From: Octopus bimaculoides
Lineage: Eukaryota
Direction: 5' to 3'
DNA: 64,000 bases
Assembly (NCBI RefSeq): GCF_001194135.2
Contig: NC_068992.1
Coordinates: 58,175,866-58,239,865, forward strand
In this document: in pieces, positions 12,901-24,960 of the stretch
How the letters are laid out: each line of letters opens with the position of its first letter
Numbering within the stretch: the stretch's first letter is position 1
The notes under the pieces: generated by a model
What the model was told of the DNA's origin: nothing
Database searches by the model: none
Seen by the model: only the letters and a program-made list of their open reading frames with translations
Program-made: the position numbers and the translations under genes

Positions 12901-13119
12901 TATGCTGGAAAATACAGTATTTCATTAATGTCAAGCGTTTGGAGAAGTTTTTCTAAGAAAACGTTTTTTTATTTGTACAAAGGTGAGAGAGGTTAAATAA
13001 AACGTCTAAACTATAAAAACATAAATCTTAAAATGAGGATACGACACTGTGCATTCAGCGCCCACAATGAATAGGGCTTATAAACAATCACTTGTAGTAA
13101 TACAACTTCAAGTGTTTTG

Positions 13120-13379
13120 CTTATTTATTTATCAGCTTGTTTGTTTGTGGATTTCTTCCGCCATTCTATATCCTAGTTGATTAAAAAAGATCTATAGAGC
13201 TGATGGCAAGATAGAGGAAACCTATAAAAATCAATGTAGCACTTGGAATAAGAGGAAAGGACAGCAACAAGCAACGAGCATGCAGGTGTTGCATTTCTCA
13301 GTGACACAGAAACTAACCAATCGAAGTGAAGGACATAGAGTCCTAACTTAACACACTGACAGTTATCTTTGCTCTTCAT
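13120..13379 (-). other. Candidate terminal exon of the minus-strand transcript
   Basis: Minus-strand acceptor gtttttctttttcttctttctattttacag| at 13380, with AATAAA on the minus strand at 13124-13129. Confidence 0.4.
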
Positions 13380-14094
13380 CTGTAAAATAGAAAGAAGAAA
13401 AAGAAAAACAAAAAAAAAGCCCAACATACACCATGCAAAATAAACGCCAGATTAACACTACTAGCTTAGTTATCTAATGCCACTGAAGTCCTGAGGAAAT
13501 CAAGGAAAGCTTAAAGTAGTGGACTTGATCTGAGAGAGAAAAAAAAATCTATATTTCACCAAGAAAAAATTATAACAGTTCACTGAAAGCATAACACAAA
13601 AGATAGCTGGGAGAAGAATTTTCAGTAGACGAAAATTAATAAATTACTGATGCGTTAAGTGTTTTGTTTTAATGCAATGCCATATTTGCAAAGTATATAT
13701 ATAGATTTTTAGCCAACTCTGTATATATTGACAAACGTTAAACACCCTCTCTCTCTCTCTCTATGTACAATATCTTTGCAGAAAGCCAAAGAGTGGTCAG
13801 CTAGATGAGTTTCAATCCCTTGTTGAGATTTCAGTCAGTGAAACTAGTTTAGTTGATCTCACTTCTTGTCCATGTTGTATAGAGAGACAAAGTATTCACA
13901 TCTGTCTATATACATATAATGTTGGGTAAAACTTTACAGATATATTTTGCAGTTTATCCAGCATCAAATTTAAGACACTGTAGGATGCTAATTTTTTTTT
14001 GAAAAGTCACAATTATTGCAACAGGAAATGTTAGATCCAAGAACTTGGCAAAGCTTAAAGTCTAATCTGAGATGATGTCTTCATTCTACAAACA

Positions 14095-14425
14095 CACACC
14101 CTGACTGTATGGTTAAGAAGCTTCCTTCTGAACCATGTGATCTTGGGTTCAACCACACTGTGAGCACTCTGGGCTAGTGTTTTCTATGACATTCCTGGGT
14201 CAACTAATGTCTTATGCACAAAGTTAGTACACAGAAACTGTGTGGAAGCCTGCCGTGCGTGTGTTTGCCTTCCCGTCCTCCACCACTAGATAACTGGTAT
14301 CGGTTTGTTTATGTCCCTGTGACTTAGCAGTTTGGCAAAACAGACTTTATAGAATGAGTACCTGGCTTAAAAATTCAGTAATGGGGTCAATTTGTTTGAC
14401 TAAACCTTTGAAGGTGGTACCTCAA
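14095..14425 (+). mobile_element. Diverged CORE-type SINE copy
   Basis: tRNA head (ggttaagaagctt...gggttcaacc) followed by the family body. Confidence 0.7.
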
Positions 14426-15014
14426 CATGATCACATAACCATTTGTGTTACTCACTGAAGCAAGTAACACATAAATGGTTGAGTATTCCACAGACATGTT
14501 TGTACCCTTTGTATAGTTTTTCAGATTTAAATCAGTATAACACAATATGTGACAAAGCTGACCCTTTGAATTACAGGCACAAGTACTCCAATAGGCTTCC
14601 TCACTGTTTCCATCCACCCAGCTTCAGTCCATAGGCTTGGGTCAGCTCGAGGTTATGGTAAAAGACACTTATCCATGGCACCCTGAAGTGGGATTGAACA
14701 TAGGCCCTCCTGATTACATAGCAAACTACTTAAACATTCAATCATGCCCATGTCCACCATGACTCCACAACTATATTAACCAAAGTGGGCTTTTCTTTGA
14801 GGTGGTAGGATGTGATTTATTGGGAATTTGACTACTATTACTTGCAAATCAAGTGACCACATAGAGGCCCACATCTTCTTTAACATTACTTCAAAGTACT
14901 TTACTAATCCTTTGTTCCCTCAAATATTGTTCTTCTATCTAGTTATGTCCCACACTAGACCCTAACTTGCATTGATTTATCACTTACAAGCTGGTAAAGC
15001 AGTGTGGTTAGTAT

Positions 15015-15530
15015 TACTCTTTTACTTGTTTCAGTTATTTGACTGCGGCCATGCTGGAGCACCGCCTTTAGTTGAGCAAATCGCCCCAGGACTTATTCTT
15101 TGGAAGCCTAGTACTTATTCTATCGGTCTCTTTTACCGAACTGGTAGGTTACAGGGACGTAAACACACCACCATCGGTTGTCAAGCGATGTTGGGGGGAC
15201 AAACACAGACACACAAACATACACATATATATACATATATACGATGGGCTTCTTTCAGTTTCCGTCTACCAAATCCACTCACAAGGCTTTGGTCGACCCG
15301 AANNNNNNNNNNATCGGTTGTCAAGCGATGTTGGGGGGACAAACACAGACACACAAACATACACATATATATACATATATACGATGGGCTTCTTTCAGTT
15401 TCCGTCTACCAAATCCACTCACAAGGCTTTGGTCGACCCGAAGCTATAGTAGAAGACACGTGCCCAAGGTGCCACGCAGTTGGAATGAACCCGGAACCCT
15501 GTGGTTGGTAAGCAAGCTACTTACCACACG
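15015..15530 (-). mobile_element. CORE-type SINE copy (contains an assembly duplication across an N gap)
   Basis: Near-identical to 34686-35131. Confidence 0.85.
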
Positions 15531-16134
15531 GTTTTTCTATCTGTTCCACTGTTGGGGATGTTTCAATATGCCTGGTTGTTTAACCCACCAAGTCTGACCT
15601 GATCAAGCTGGCTAGCAATAATCATCATTGCCACCATCACAATCACTGCAGCCACCACCTTCATCAGCATTTCCCACACAAGCATTGGTGGAATGGGTTT
15701 TCTGAGGCAGTGTTCTTTGGATGGATGCTCTTCCTGTCTGTCAACAACTATTTTAGCCACCTACTACACAATACAGGGACACCGTGTAACTCCTCTAAGA
15801 CTAGGATGCATTTTAAGCTCTCCAGCCATAACCACATCATCTTATTTTTCTGACATAGTAAATCTAGGACTGCATTATCCAATGTGTCCAGCCTTATTTA
15901 ACATGGCAGTGTGTGGTTTGATGCGTATTTGGCTGCTATATATAGCAGTTTAAATGACCACTTGGAAGTTTCTTCCTGCCTATAAGTTCTTATAGTGACT
16001 GCATCAGAGATGAGCATGGTGAATTATTGTCCTAGCAAACATTCTCTCTTTCTCAGTTTTGTTTTTTATTATCTGTTTGTCTGTCTCTGGTTTTGTGTAT
16101 CATAGCACAGTGTTTGCATTGCTAATGAGTTCAT

Positions 16135-16510
16135 TGATGCTACTGTTATTTTATGTTTTACTTGTTTCAGCCGTTAGACTGCGGCCATGCTGGGGCTCTG
16201 GCTTGAATTTTCAGTCAAACGAATTGACCCCAATACTTATTTTTTAAGCATGGTACTTATTCTATTGGTTTCTTTTTGCTGAACTGCTAAGTTAACAGGG
16301 ATGCAAGCACACCAACACTGATTGTCAAGTGGTGGTGGGACACACACACACACACACACGCACGCACGCACACACACACATATACAATGGGCTTTTAGTT
16401 TCCATCTACCAAATCCATTCACAAGGCTTTGGTTGGTCTGAGGTTATAGTACAAAACACTTACCCAAAGTGCCACGCAGCGGGACTGAACCTGGAAACGT
16501 GGTCGGGAAA
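16135..16510 (-). mobile_element. CORE-type SINE copy
   Basis: Same family motifs. Confidence 0.75.
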
Positions 16511-17039
16511 GCAAGCTTCTTACCACATATTATTTTTGTCTGGATTGAGTGGGAAGGTTAATATTCTGAAGTTTGTGATGACATTAGTGAAAAAGCTTTA
16601 CAAAGGAAACGGTTAGCAACAAAAGCAGCTGGCAATTATACAGACATTGCTGCTGTAGCAGAAATGACATAGTATTATAGACATAGTAATATAGACAGGA
16701 AAAAAAATTGCAAGATTGTGTGTTTAGTCTAAAGAACAATTGTTATTCTCAGAAAAATGTATTTTCTCTGTGGAAATCTTTTGGAACAGTTGGAAGTGAC
16801 TGATATTGTATAGTTTCTTTCTGTCATGAAGAAATTTATTTTGGAAACTGAAACTTTCATCAGAGCTGTATTAGTAGCAATCTGACTGAAAATATATAAT
16901 GAAAGACCTTCCAATGATGGCCTTCTTATATTTATTCTATGTTTAAAAATACATTGTCCAGTGGCTCTTTTTCTTTTTAATAAGGCACAGATGTGGCTAA
17001 GTAGTGGCTTTGTGCCTGGTGAAAGATTAGAATATCATA

Positions 17040-17139
17040 GACGGATAGAGATAGGAATCTTACTATGGGGGAGATACTTGGCTACCTCAGTAGGAAATAA
17101 AAGGAAAGATGGAGAGATAGAGGAGATAGATAGATAGAC

Positions 17140-17170
<31 letters not shown>

Positions 17171-17390
17171 GATAGACAGATAGATAGACAGACAGATAGA
17201 TAGATAGATAGATAGAGAGTTGGAGATGAATTGGGGAGCTTACCCACAGGGAACAGTGGTGAGCAGTATAAGTAGAACAGAGGGGATAGAGGGGGATGTT
17301 CTGTAAGAGTGTGAGGGGAGATATTTAGTGGTGGGAAAGAGGTGACTGTAACAAGTGATGGTCTTGTTGTTCTTAGTACTTGAGAGGGTA
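17040..17390 (+). repeat. Unclassified interspersed repeat shared with 8940-9050 (opposite strand)
   Basis: ggagatacttggctacctcagtaggaaa vs ggagatagatggctaccccagttgggaaa (reverse complement of ~8960-9000). Interrupted by (GATA)n. Confidence 0.5.
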
Positions 17391-20300
17391 AGGTTCTTGT
17401 TTGAGTGGGTATTTAGTCACTGTTATTGTAGCTTAGGTCACTGCCCTATAGACTTCTTTGTCTTGGTTTTGTTTATGCTTTCATTGTTAATGTTAGGAAG
17501 GCAGTGAGCTGCTAGAAGTCTCAGCATGCTGAACAAAATGCTTTGCAGCCCTTCTCCTGGCTTTGTTTTAAGTTCAAATTCTGCTGAGGTCAATTTTGCT
17601 TTTCAACTTTTCAGGGTTGATAAAATAAGTACCAGATGAGTACTGGGGTCAATGTAATTGACTAGCTCCCTCCCTCCCTCAAAATTTCATGTCTATAGTA
17701 GAAAGGATCATTAATGTTATAGTTAACGATAGTAGTTTGGTAGACTCATTAGATCATTGGACAAAATGACTTGTGGTATTTGTTCTGACTCTTTATTGTC
17801 TGGGTTTCAAATCCTGTCATGGCCAACTTTTATTTTGATCCTTTTGGGGTTGATAAAGTACCAGTCAAGTACTAAGGTTGATTTCATCTTCTAACCCCAC
17901 TCCCACGAATTTCAAGCCTTGGGCCCATGTTAGAAACAATTATTAATGTTGATGCTGTTGTTTGAAATTGAGTATTGTTTGTATCAAGGTCATTGTTTGA
18001 TTGCATACATAGCAGAGAGCGAGTGCATAGTCGAGGGCCAGTGCATGGCAGGGAGCCATAATGAGCCAGAGCATGGTCGTTTTTCTGTCGGAGCAATGAG
18101 AACCATCTTCAAGGATGACTTGCATGATGATTTTAAGAGTGAAGATCAGTTGTGCACCATCAACCTCACTCTTGTCCATGACCAACTTCAATCCAGGGAC
18201 AAAACTGGGTCATGACAAATGGGAATGAAGACAGATGTAGTGGATGATCAAGATGTCTTACTTGCTTCGTCTTGCTCTCTGTCCTTCTCAACTTGTTGCT
18301 ACATCAGCATTCCCTTCTGTTTAACCGTGTAGGTTTCTTCTGCAGTGTCTACCAGATTCAGTCTTCACATGCCCTAATAGGCTACTTAACCCCACCGTAT
18401 CTGGGACCCTGACAAGTGCTACAACTCCAAGTTAGAGTAGACTTAGATGCAATAGGAGTCAAGAGGTGGTTCCACATGCTTCAAAACCCTGGAGCTCAAG
18501 AAGCAGGTCTCCACTATCGTATTATGCAGTTTAAGGTCATATCCAGGGCATTGCATAGAAAAGAACCAGTAGAGAGCTGGTATACAACCGTTATATAGTA
18601 GAGAACTGACATATAGCAAGCATGTGGGAGAGAGGATGTGTCTTGTACAGAACCAGATCATGATAGAGAATTAGGCCTCACAGTATTTATCTACATCTTT
18701 GCATTTTTGTAATCAATTACTTTGTCTTTCATCCTTCTGGGGTTAATGGAATAGACACAAGTCAAATACTAGGGGCACCCCCAACACCAAACACACTACT
18801 CTACATCTCCTGTAATATATAGGTTACAGTACATGCTTCCCATCAAACGCATAATCTTATTTTAATGTTAAACATGAATTTTCTAAATGGATTTTCCAGT
18901 TTTAACGATTCTTTCTCACTGATATTTTTCAATTAGCAAGTCTTACCTTACTTAACTCTCATTACCTATGCTGTTGCTACCTTTAGAAAAATACTTCAAC
19001 CTAAATTATATAAGACTGGCGTTTTAGTATTTTATGGAGCAAGAATTTCCTAATGTTTATGAAATTGTACTTTACAACTTTTGCATAGTTGAAGATCTCT
19101 AACACATTCCTTTTATCATACCTTATAAATAATGATATTTTCAAGGAATAAAACTGAATCAAGACTTCTTCCTGATTATATACTCTCTGTCCACTAATGT
19201 ATTTAAAAAAGAAATGTTACTTTTAATATATGAAAACGCTTAGAGAACTTTATCGCGGAAAAAAGAAAGACAGTATTTACATTTTTTACTAAGCAGTTAC
19301 CAGTTTCAATATATATCTGTGTGTGTGTGTGTGTGTTTAATGGAACAGAATATATAAGATATAGTAGTATTTAGTATATATAATATATACTAAATGTATT
19401 TATACCTAATGTATCCTATAAATATTTCTTCAAAGGAATCATTTAAATTTCCTTTATATATAATGAGCTGTCTTGAATGATGTTCAAGCAATTAGAATCT
19501 TTTCTAATGGAATTCCCATATTGAAAATATTATCTTATAATGTTCATAAAGTTTTTTTTTTAAATTTTCTGTCTGTTTGTGAAATATAGTGTTATATTTA
19601 ATAGAAGTACTTATTATATTTTCCTTTGTTAACACCACTTTCATGGGTATAACAACTGGCAACATTCAAAATTTTCTTTGAAAAGAGGGTGGTGGAAATG
19701 GTAGATCTCTCCTTCTGTTAAATTCCATCTTCATAATTTATGCTGTTTTTCTCATTCACTTTACACTTTCAGGTATATATAAAATATTTATGATTTCCAC
19801 ATTTGCAAGAATATCACATATTTCTGTATCTCAAAATACAAAATTGAATATGCAGAACAAAATGATCATCACATGTCTATTTCCCATGCTGGCATGGAGT
19901 GATTTTTTCTCTTGGCACCAGCACTAGTGAGGTTGCCTTGCAGTTTGTGAGCCTAGGAAAGATGATTTTAGGCAAGGTGAAAAGAGCATAGCTTTGTGCA
20001 CACCGCATCAGACTCTATACAAAGGCAAATTGAACTCTGAAGAGTTAAATTTTGTGGATGTGAAAACATTGGTCGCTCTCTAACCAAACTTCAACATTAA
20101 TGCTTTAGTATATATGTATATTTGTATGTGTGTGTGTGTGTGTTGTTGTGAGAGGTTGATAGTGAAGAGCCTAAAAGAGTTGACACTGGAAAAGGATTAT
20201 GTAAAGGGATGGGTTTAGAGTCAGGGATTAGTGAGAAAGAGAGGGACAAAGTAGTAAGAATGATGAGGTTAGCTGTGTATAGCCTTGTTTTAATGTTGAA

Positions 20301-21539
20301 CATGAATTTTCTAAATGGATTTTCCAGTCCCACATTTTATAAAGGTGAATATGGGTGGAAGATGTGAGGGTTATATTTTTTAATGAATATTGTTGCAATA
20401 ATTTGAAAGTAATTTGAAAGTTAAATGCCAACAGGTCTTACTAGTTAGCGAAACCCAGTCCAATTGAATTGTCATTTGTTACTTTTTTCAGCTAGAGGCT
20501 ATGGCCATGCCAGGGCACCACCTTTAAAAAAATAATAATTCTAATACAGGCAGAAGGTCTGAAATTTTAGAGGAGATAGTTAGTTACACTGTCCCCGTCC
20601 CCACCCCAAGTGCTTAGCCAGTGCTTATTTTATTGACCTTAAAAGGATGACTAGCAAAGTTGACCTTGGCAGCATTTGAACTCAACCTAAAGCCAGAAGT
20701 CTGGCATGTTAGCAATTTCATCATCAAATTTTGCTGATTGGTGTAGTGTTAACAAAGGTTAAAAGTTTATGGTTATGTAATAACTATAATAGCTGCTGCC
20801 TGCAAAAGATGTGGCTTCTTTATATCAGGTTCTGTACAATGGCCATGCTGTCAGCAACCAGGAAATGGCTAAAGAAAAAATAATTAACTCCTTAGAGTTT
20901 TAGTTATATATAGAAGCTGTCTTGGCTGGTGGCAGCTCTACACTTGAAAATGTTAATGACAAATTAGTGTTGAAGAGTTTTACTGATGTCAATTGCCAAT
21001 ATATCTATCTGTCTACCAAATGCAGAATATTTCTGGCTGTCCAAAGTGTTCATTTCTGATGTTTACACTAACGGAAATAATTTTGGCTGCCAACAAAACA
21101 ATATTACTAGCTAGTTAGTTCTCCATCAACACTGGAGTGATTTTTTTGTTTTCTTCATTACATCTTACATTACACCTTCGCTTCTTCTTTTTCTGTCCCT
21201 CTCAATCACTCATGTTTCCCCGTCCTTGATCAGTCTGGGGTGACACCCATGATGTTCAAGTTATTTTCCATGCACTCTGATAATGCTGATGAGCATTATC
21301 ACTATTATTAACTGATGTTTTATCAGCACATCAAATGATACAGTTTTGTTTTCCCCTCTCCCACATGACATTTTACTGATGCTAATTCACATTCTCTTGT
21401 GTATATAAAATCGTGCTTGATATGTTCTGGCTAAATTCACTAATGTATAAATAATGCTTACCAGTTCTGATTAATGTCAAGACATTATCAAGTTTCCCCA
21501 AAGACTGTTGTTGTAATACCTATGTTTAAAGGTAGTCCA

Positions 21540-22070
21540 GTTATGGCAGTCCCTGGTTTTTAGGGTTATCTTTCATTCACAGCATCCCCAAAATGATGGA
21601 AACAGCCATTAGCAAGGGCCTTCTCCAACACCTTGAATCCCTCTTCTTTAATGACCATCAGTGTGGCTTTTGTAGAGTCAGATCTACTGGTGTCCGACTC
21701 TCTTCTGTTATGCATCAGTAGCCTTCCACTCTCCAGAGTTTGGCAAAAGCAGTAAACTGTGTCTGGGCCACTAATCTCTTAGTAAAACTACCACATGTCT
21801 CTTGTCTCTTGAATGGGTAGTTTCCTGCCAGATTGTGCCATTTGCATCATGTGGTAATGTTGCTTGCTCTCTCTCTCTCTCTCTCTCTTTGTTTCTGACT
21901 TGCAGACTAAAAACTATGGTGTTCCTCATGGTTCAGTTTTGTCTTTCATACTATTCACCTTATTGTGTCAACAACCTATTTGCTGTTATACCAACCACAC
22001 CCACTTCTACCTAGCTGATACCACTCTTCTAAGCTTCCACTTCCAAGCATCATCTACATGCAAACTAGAC
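21540..22070 (+). mobile_element. Degenerate reverse-transcriptase fragment of a jockey/CR1-like LINE
   Basis: Broken RT motifs: HLES..NDHQCGF..RSTG, then NYGVPHGSVLSFILF (cf. GVPQGSVL) and HFYLADTTL (cf. YADD). Interrupted by frameshifts and a (CT)n tract. Confidence 0.7.
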
Positions 22071-22932
22071 ACCTCATCTATTGCTAGTGTCTCTTTCAAC
22101 TACACAAAAGCACAGTCAGGGCTCACCATTTCCTCCACACCTCAATACTATACTGGTACTTTATTCTAATCAACCCTAAAAGAATGAATGCAGTGGGATT
22201 TGAATTCAGAGAGCTGGAAAAACTACCACAAAGCATCTTTCTGAAGTTATCATTACATTCTGCTGTTTCTAATTTCAGTGCAAGGCCAGAAATTTATAGG
22301 GAAGAGGGTTAGTTGGTCATATCAGCTCCAGTTTTATTTTATTGACCCCCAAAAGTATGAAAGCCAGATCTGACCTCAGTGAAATTTGAACTCAGATCAT
22401 TAAATAGCTATAATTAAATGCTACAAGATATTTTGTCTAACCCTCTAATAGTTCTACCAATCCTCTGCCTTCATGTAACTGCTTCTAACATGGGCACCAG
22501 GGCTGAAAGAGTTAGATGCTTACTGTCTTTCCAGTTTACAAGTTGACGTAGCATATAGTGTAAACATGTAGTGTAAACATTCAAGTATTGTCTCTATCTT
22601 TCGAAATCCTGCTGCATTTCAGATGAAATTTTTAGTCCACCAAAATTATCTTGGTGTATGTCAACCTACTTTTCTTCATTGTAAATTTTGGTCTGAAAAA
22701 TTCAACTTGTATGCCAGAAAATGATAAATAGACCCTAGTACTTTATTAAACCTGAAAGGATAAAGGGCAAAATGTTTCTTTCTTCTTTTTATTACTGCTT
22801 CTTATTCTCTTAAACCTTTTTTTTTTTTTTTTACCCACATGACTGACCACTACAACAACCACCACTAACACAACAGTCATCACTATTGTCGTTACCACAA
22901 TTCCTTAAAGAATTTTCTCTACATTTATTTAC

Positions 22933-23083
22933 CTGGCAAGGAAATCGGTGAAAATGGATGACACTTACAATTGTGTGCACCGACTGGCTGCAAATAGCTG
23001 CAGCTGCCTACTTCTTCAGCTGACTGACATGTTTCTAGTTTAAGTTTGCTGCTGAAGAAAACTAAAGGAAGTGGTGTTGACAT
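22933..23083 (-). other. Candidate exon (3' part of first exon) of a divergent minus-strand transcript containing a short ORF
   Basis: Minus-strand ATG at 23083 gives MSTPLPLVFFSSKLKLETCQSAEEVGSCSYLQPVGAHNCKCHPFSPISLP, ending at donor CAG|GTAAAT (22932). No homology recognised. Confidence 0.3.
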
Positions 23084-24180
23084 TTTGAACGGTGTGTGGG
23101 GGGAGTCGGTGAGGGCACAATGTAGGTATGGCCAAGTTGTAGTCTACAAAGATGTCTGGTGAGGGTAATTGGTGGTGTGTGGATGGCTTTGGTTATGCTC
23201 CCTACTGTAAACAGTAGGGAGCATGGAAGGGTCAGAATGTGCTTGTAGGTGGGTTATTTTCCTCAAATACACATTATTCTTGATATTTTGAAATAGCTAA
23301 AAACTTTATGATAATTGTGGAGGCAGACTGGTGGTTATGGTGACAGATTTGTTGGTTGCTCATGTTTTTCATAATGGCTTTTGTGGTAGTGTTTCACCAA
23401 CAAAGACTGTTAATAGTTTAGTGGTAATGGCAACTGTGGTGAATGTGAGGATTATGCAGATATGATCCTGGGTGGGATAGGAGTGCTGTCGATGTGCTGT
23501 TGTTGGTTCGTAGTCGTGGTAGTTGCAGAAGCAGTGACAGTGGTCGTCGTGGTGGTCATGGTCGTAATCGTGGCTGTAACGGATGTGGTTAACAACAAGC
23601 ATTGAAATTGGCTTTTAATATGAAGTCCAAGTGTCTAGTCTGCAGTAAATGCTGTTCGAGGTTAGACGATAGCAGCCAGGAAGGAAGGAAGGAAGGACCT
23701 GTTCAGTTCTGTTCCGTCTGGATAGGTTTTCTTTTGTCCATTAAAATAGAACTATTTAGTTTAATCAATTGGGTGACGAGGAGGTGAGTGGGGACGATAG
23801 GGCTAAAAATAAGATAGATAGATAGATAGATAGATAAAATTTATAGAGCGACGTGAAAGAGATTAGTGACTAGAAAGTGAAAGAAAGGAAGAGAAATGGA
23901 GAAAGAAGGTGAGAAAGGTAGAGAGAGAAAGAGAGAGTGGGGGTTATTAGAGTTTCAGAAACGATGAAGAAAGAAAGAAAGAGTGGCAGTGGTGGGAAGA
24001 ACGCGAAAGAAAGTAACAAGAACTTGAATTCTGTGAAATAAATGAAGCTAAGTAAAAATGAAAATGTGTAGATGAAGCTTTAACTGCTGATGTGCTGTGA
24101 TAGAGAACAATTGAAGATTGAATAAGGGAGCGAAAGAAAACGAAAACAACGTTGTTGGATGGATTATATATATATATATA

Positions 24181-24316
24181 NNNNNNNNNNNNNNNNNNNN
24201 NNNNNNNNNNNNNNNNNNNNNNNNNNNNNNNNNNNNNNNNNNNNNNNNNNNNNNNNNNNNNNNNNNNNNNNNNNNNNNNNNNNNNNNNNNNNNNNNNNNN
24301 NNNNNNNNNNNNNNNN
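24181..24316. other. Assembly gap (others at 15303-15312, 41776-41785, 47924-47995, 55769-55920)
   Basis: N runs, mostly adjoining (TA)n tracts. Confidence 1.
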
Positions 24317-24419
24317 TTTTCTTGAACCTATATATATATATATATATATATATACCGGAGTAAGCACATGAAATGTGCAATATATATGTATATATATATA
24401 TATATATTACAATTTAAAG

Positions 24420-24960
24420 TGAGAAAGATCGAATGTGATGAAACGGTAAGGGCGTGTGCACTAAGTTAGACAAATATCGTGCGCGTGCCTATGTTGCGTG
24501 TATAATTGCACGCGCGCTCGCATGTATGTGCGCGTCTCTAAAAATGCTCGCGTGTTAAATGTGCGTGTTTGCTCGACATTGCTTGTTGTTTTGCTGCCGT
24601 ATCGATATGATTGATGGATGAATGTCTCTCTCCCTCTATTTACCAAGTGTTGGTGACGTTGCTTTCGTCGCCACTCCCTCTTTTCCTCGCACTCTCCCAC
24701 TATCTCTCTCTCTCTGAAGCTGCACTACTAACTAATGATTGCAGGTCTCACATCACCTTATATCTATTGTTGCTGTTGCTGTTGCTGAGGTTAAGTCAAC
24801 TTGAGCGACGATGTAGTATTCTTTTTTTAGAATACAAAAAAAAAAAAGAAGCTAAAAGAAGATATATTTTGAAGTAAAAATACATAGAAGACGACAAACA
24901 GAGAACATGGTGCCGTGGAAAATGACGGACGACTGTGCTGTCAAGTGCGTGAGTCAGTGT
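24420..24960. promoter_or_regulatory. Putative (bidirectional) promoter region
   Basis: Local CpG enrichment (cgtgcgcg, cacgcgcgctcgc) in otherwise CpG-poor DNA. Palindromic TATCGATA (DRE-like) at 24600-24607, TGAGTCA (AP-1-like) at 24950-24956, Inr-like TCAGT. The region is SINE-free and flanked on both sides by 5'-UTR-like CAA/CAG-repeat sequence in mirror orientation. Confidence 0.45.

Noticed and set aside
15173-15442. Exact 130-bp direct repeat inside a SINE
   Set aside because: The two copies (15173-15302 and 15313-15442) abut a 10-N gap. This is an unmerged contig overlap, i.e. an assembly artefact.
14972-15597. Longest ORFs in the track (179 and 139 aa), with similar peptides at 34616-35097 and 61033-61435
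   Set aside because: Read-through of CORE-type SINE copies and N gaps; no protein domain.
19369-19395. Perfect 12-bp AT-rich palindrome
   Set aside because: Expected by chance or slippage in TA-rich sequence.
23750-23790. Strong + strand donor GAG|GTGAGT at ~23785
   Set aside because: It lies upstream of the inferred promoter and has no supporting exon context, so it is not called without RNA data.
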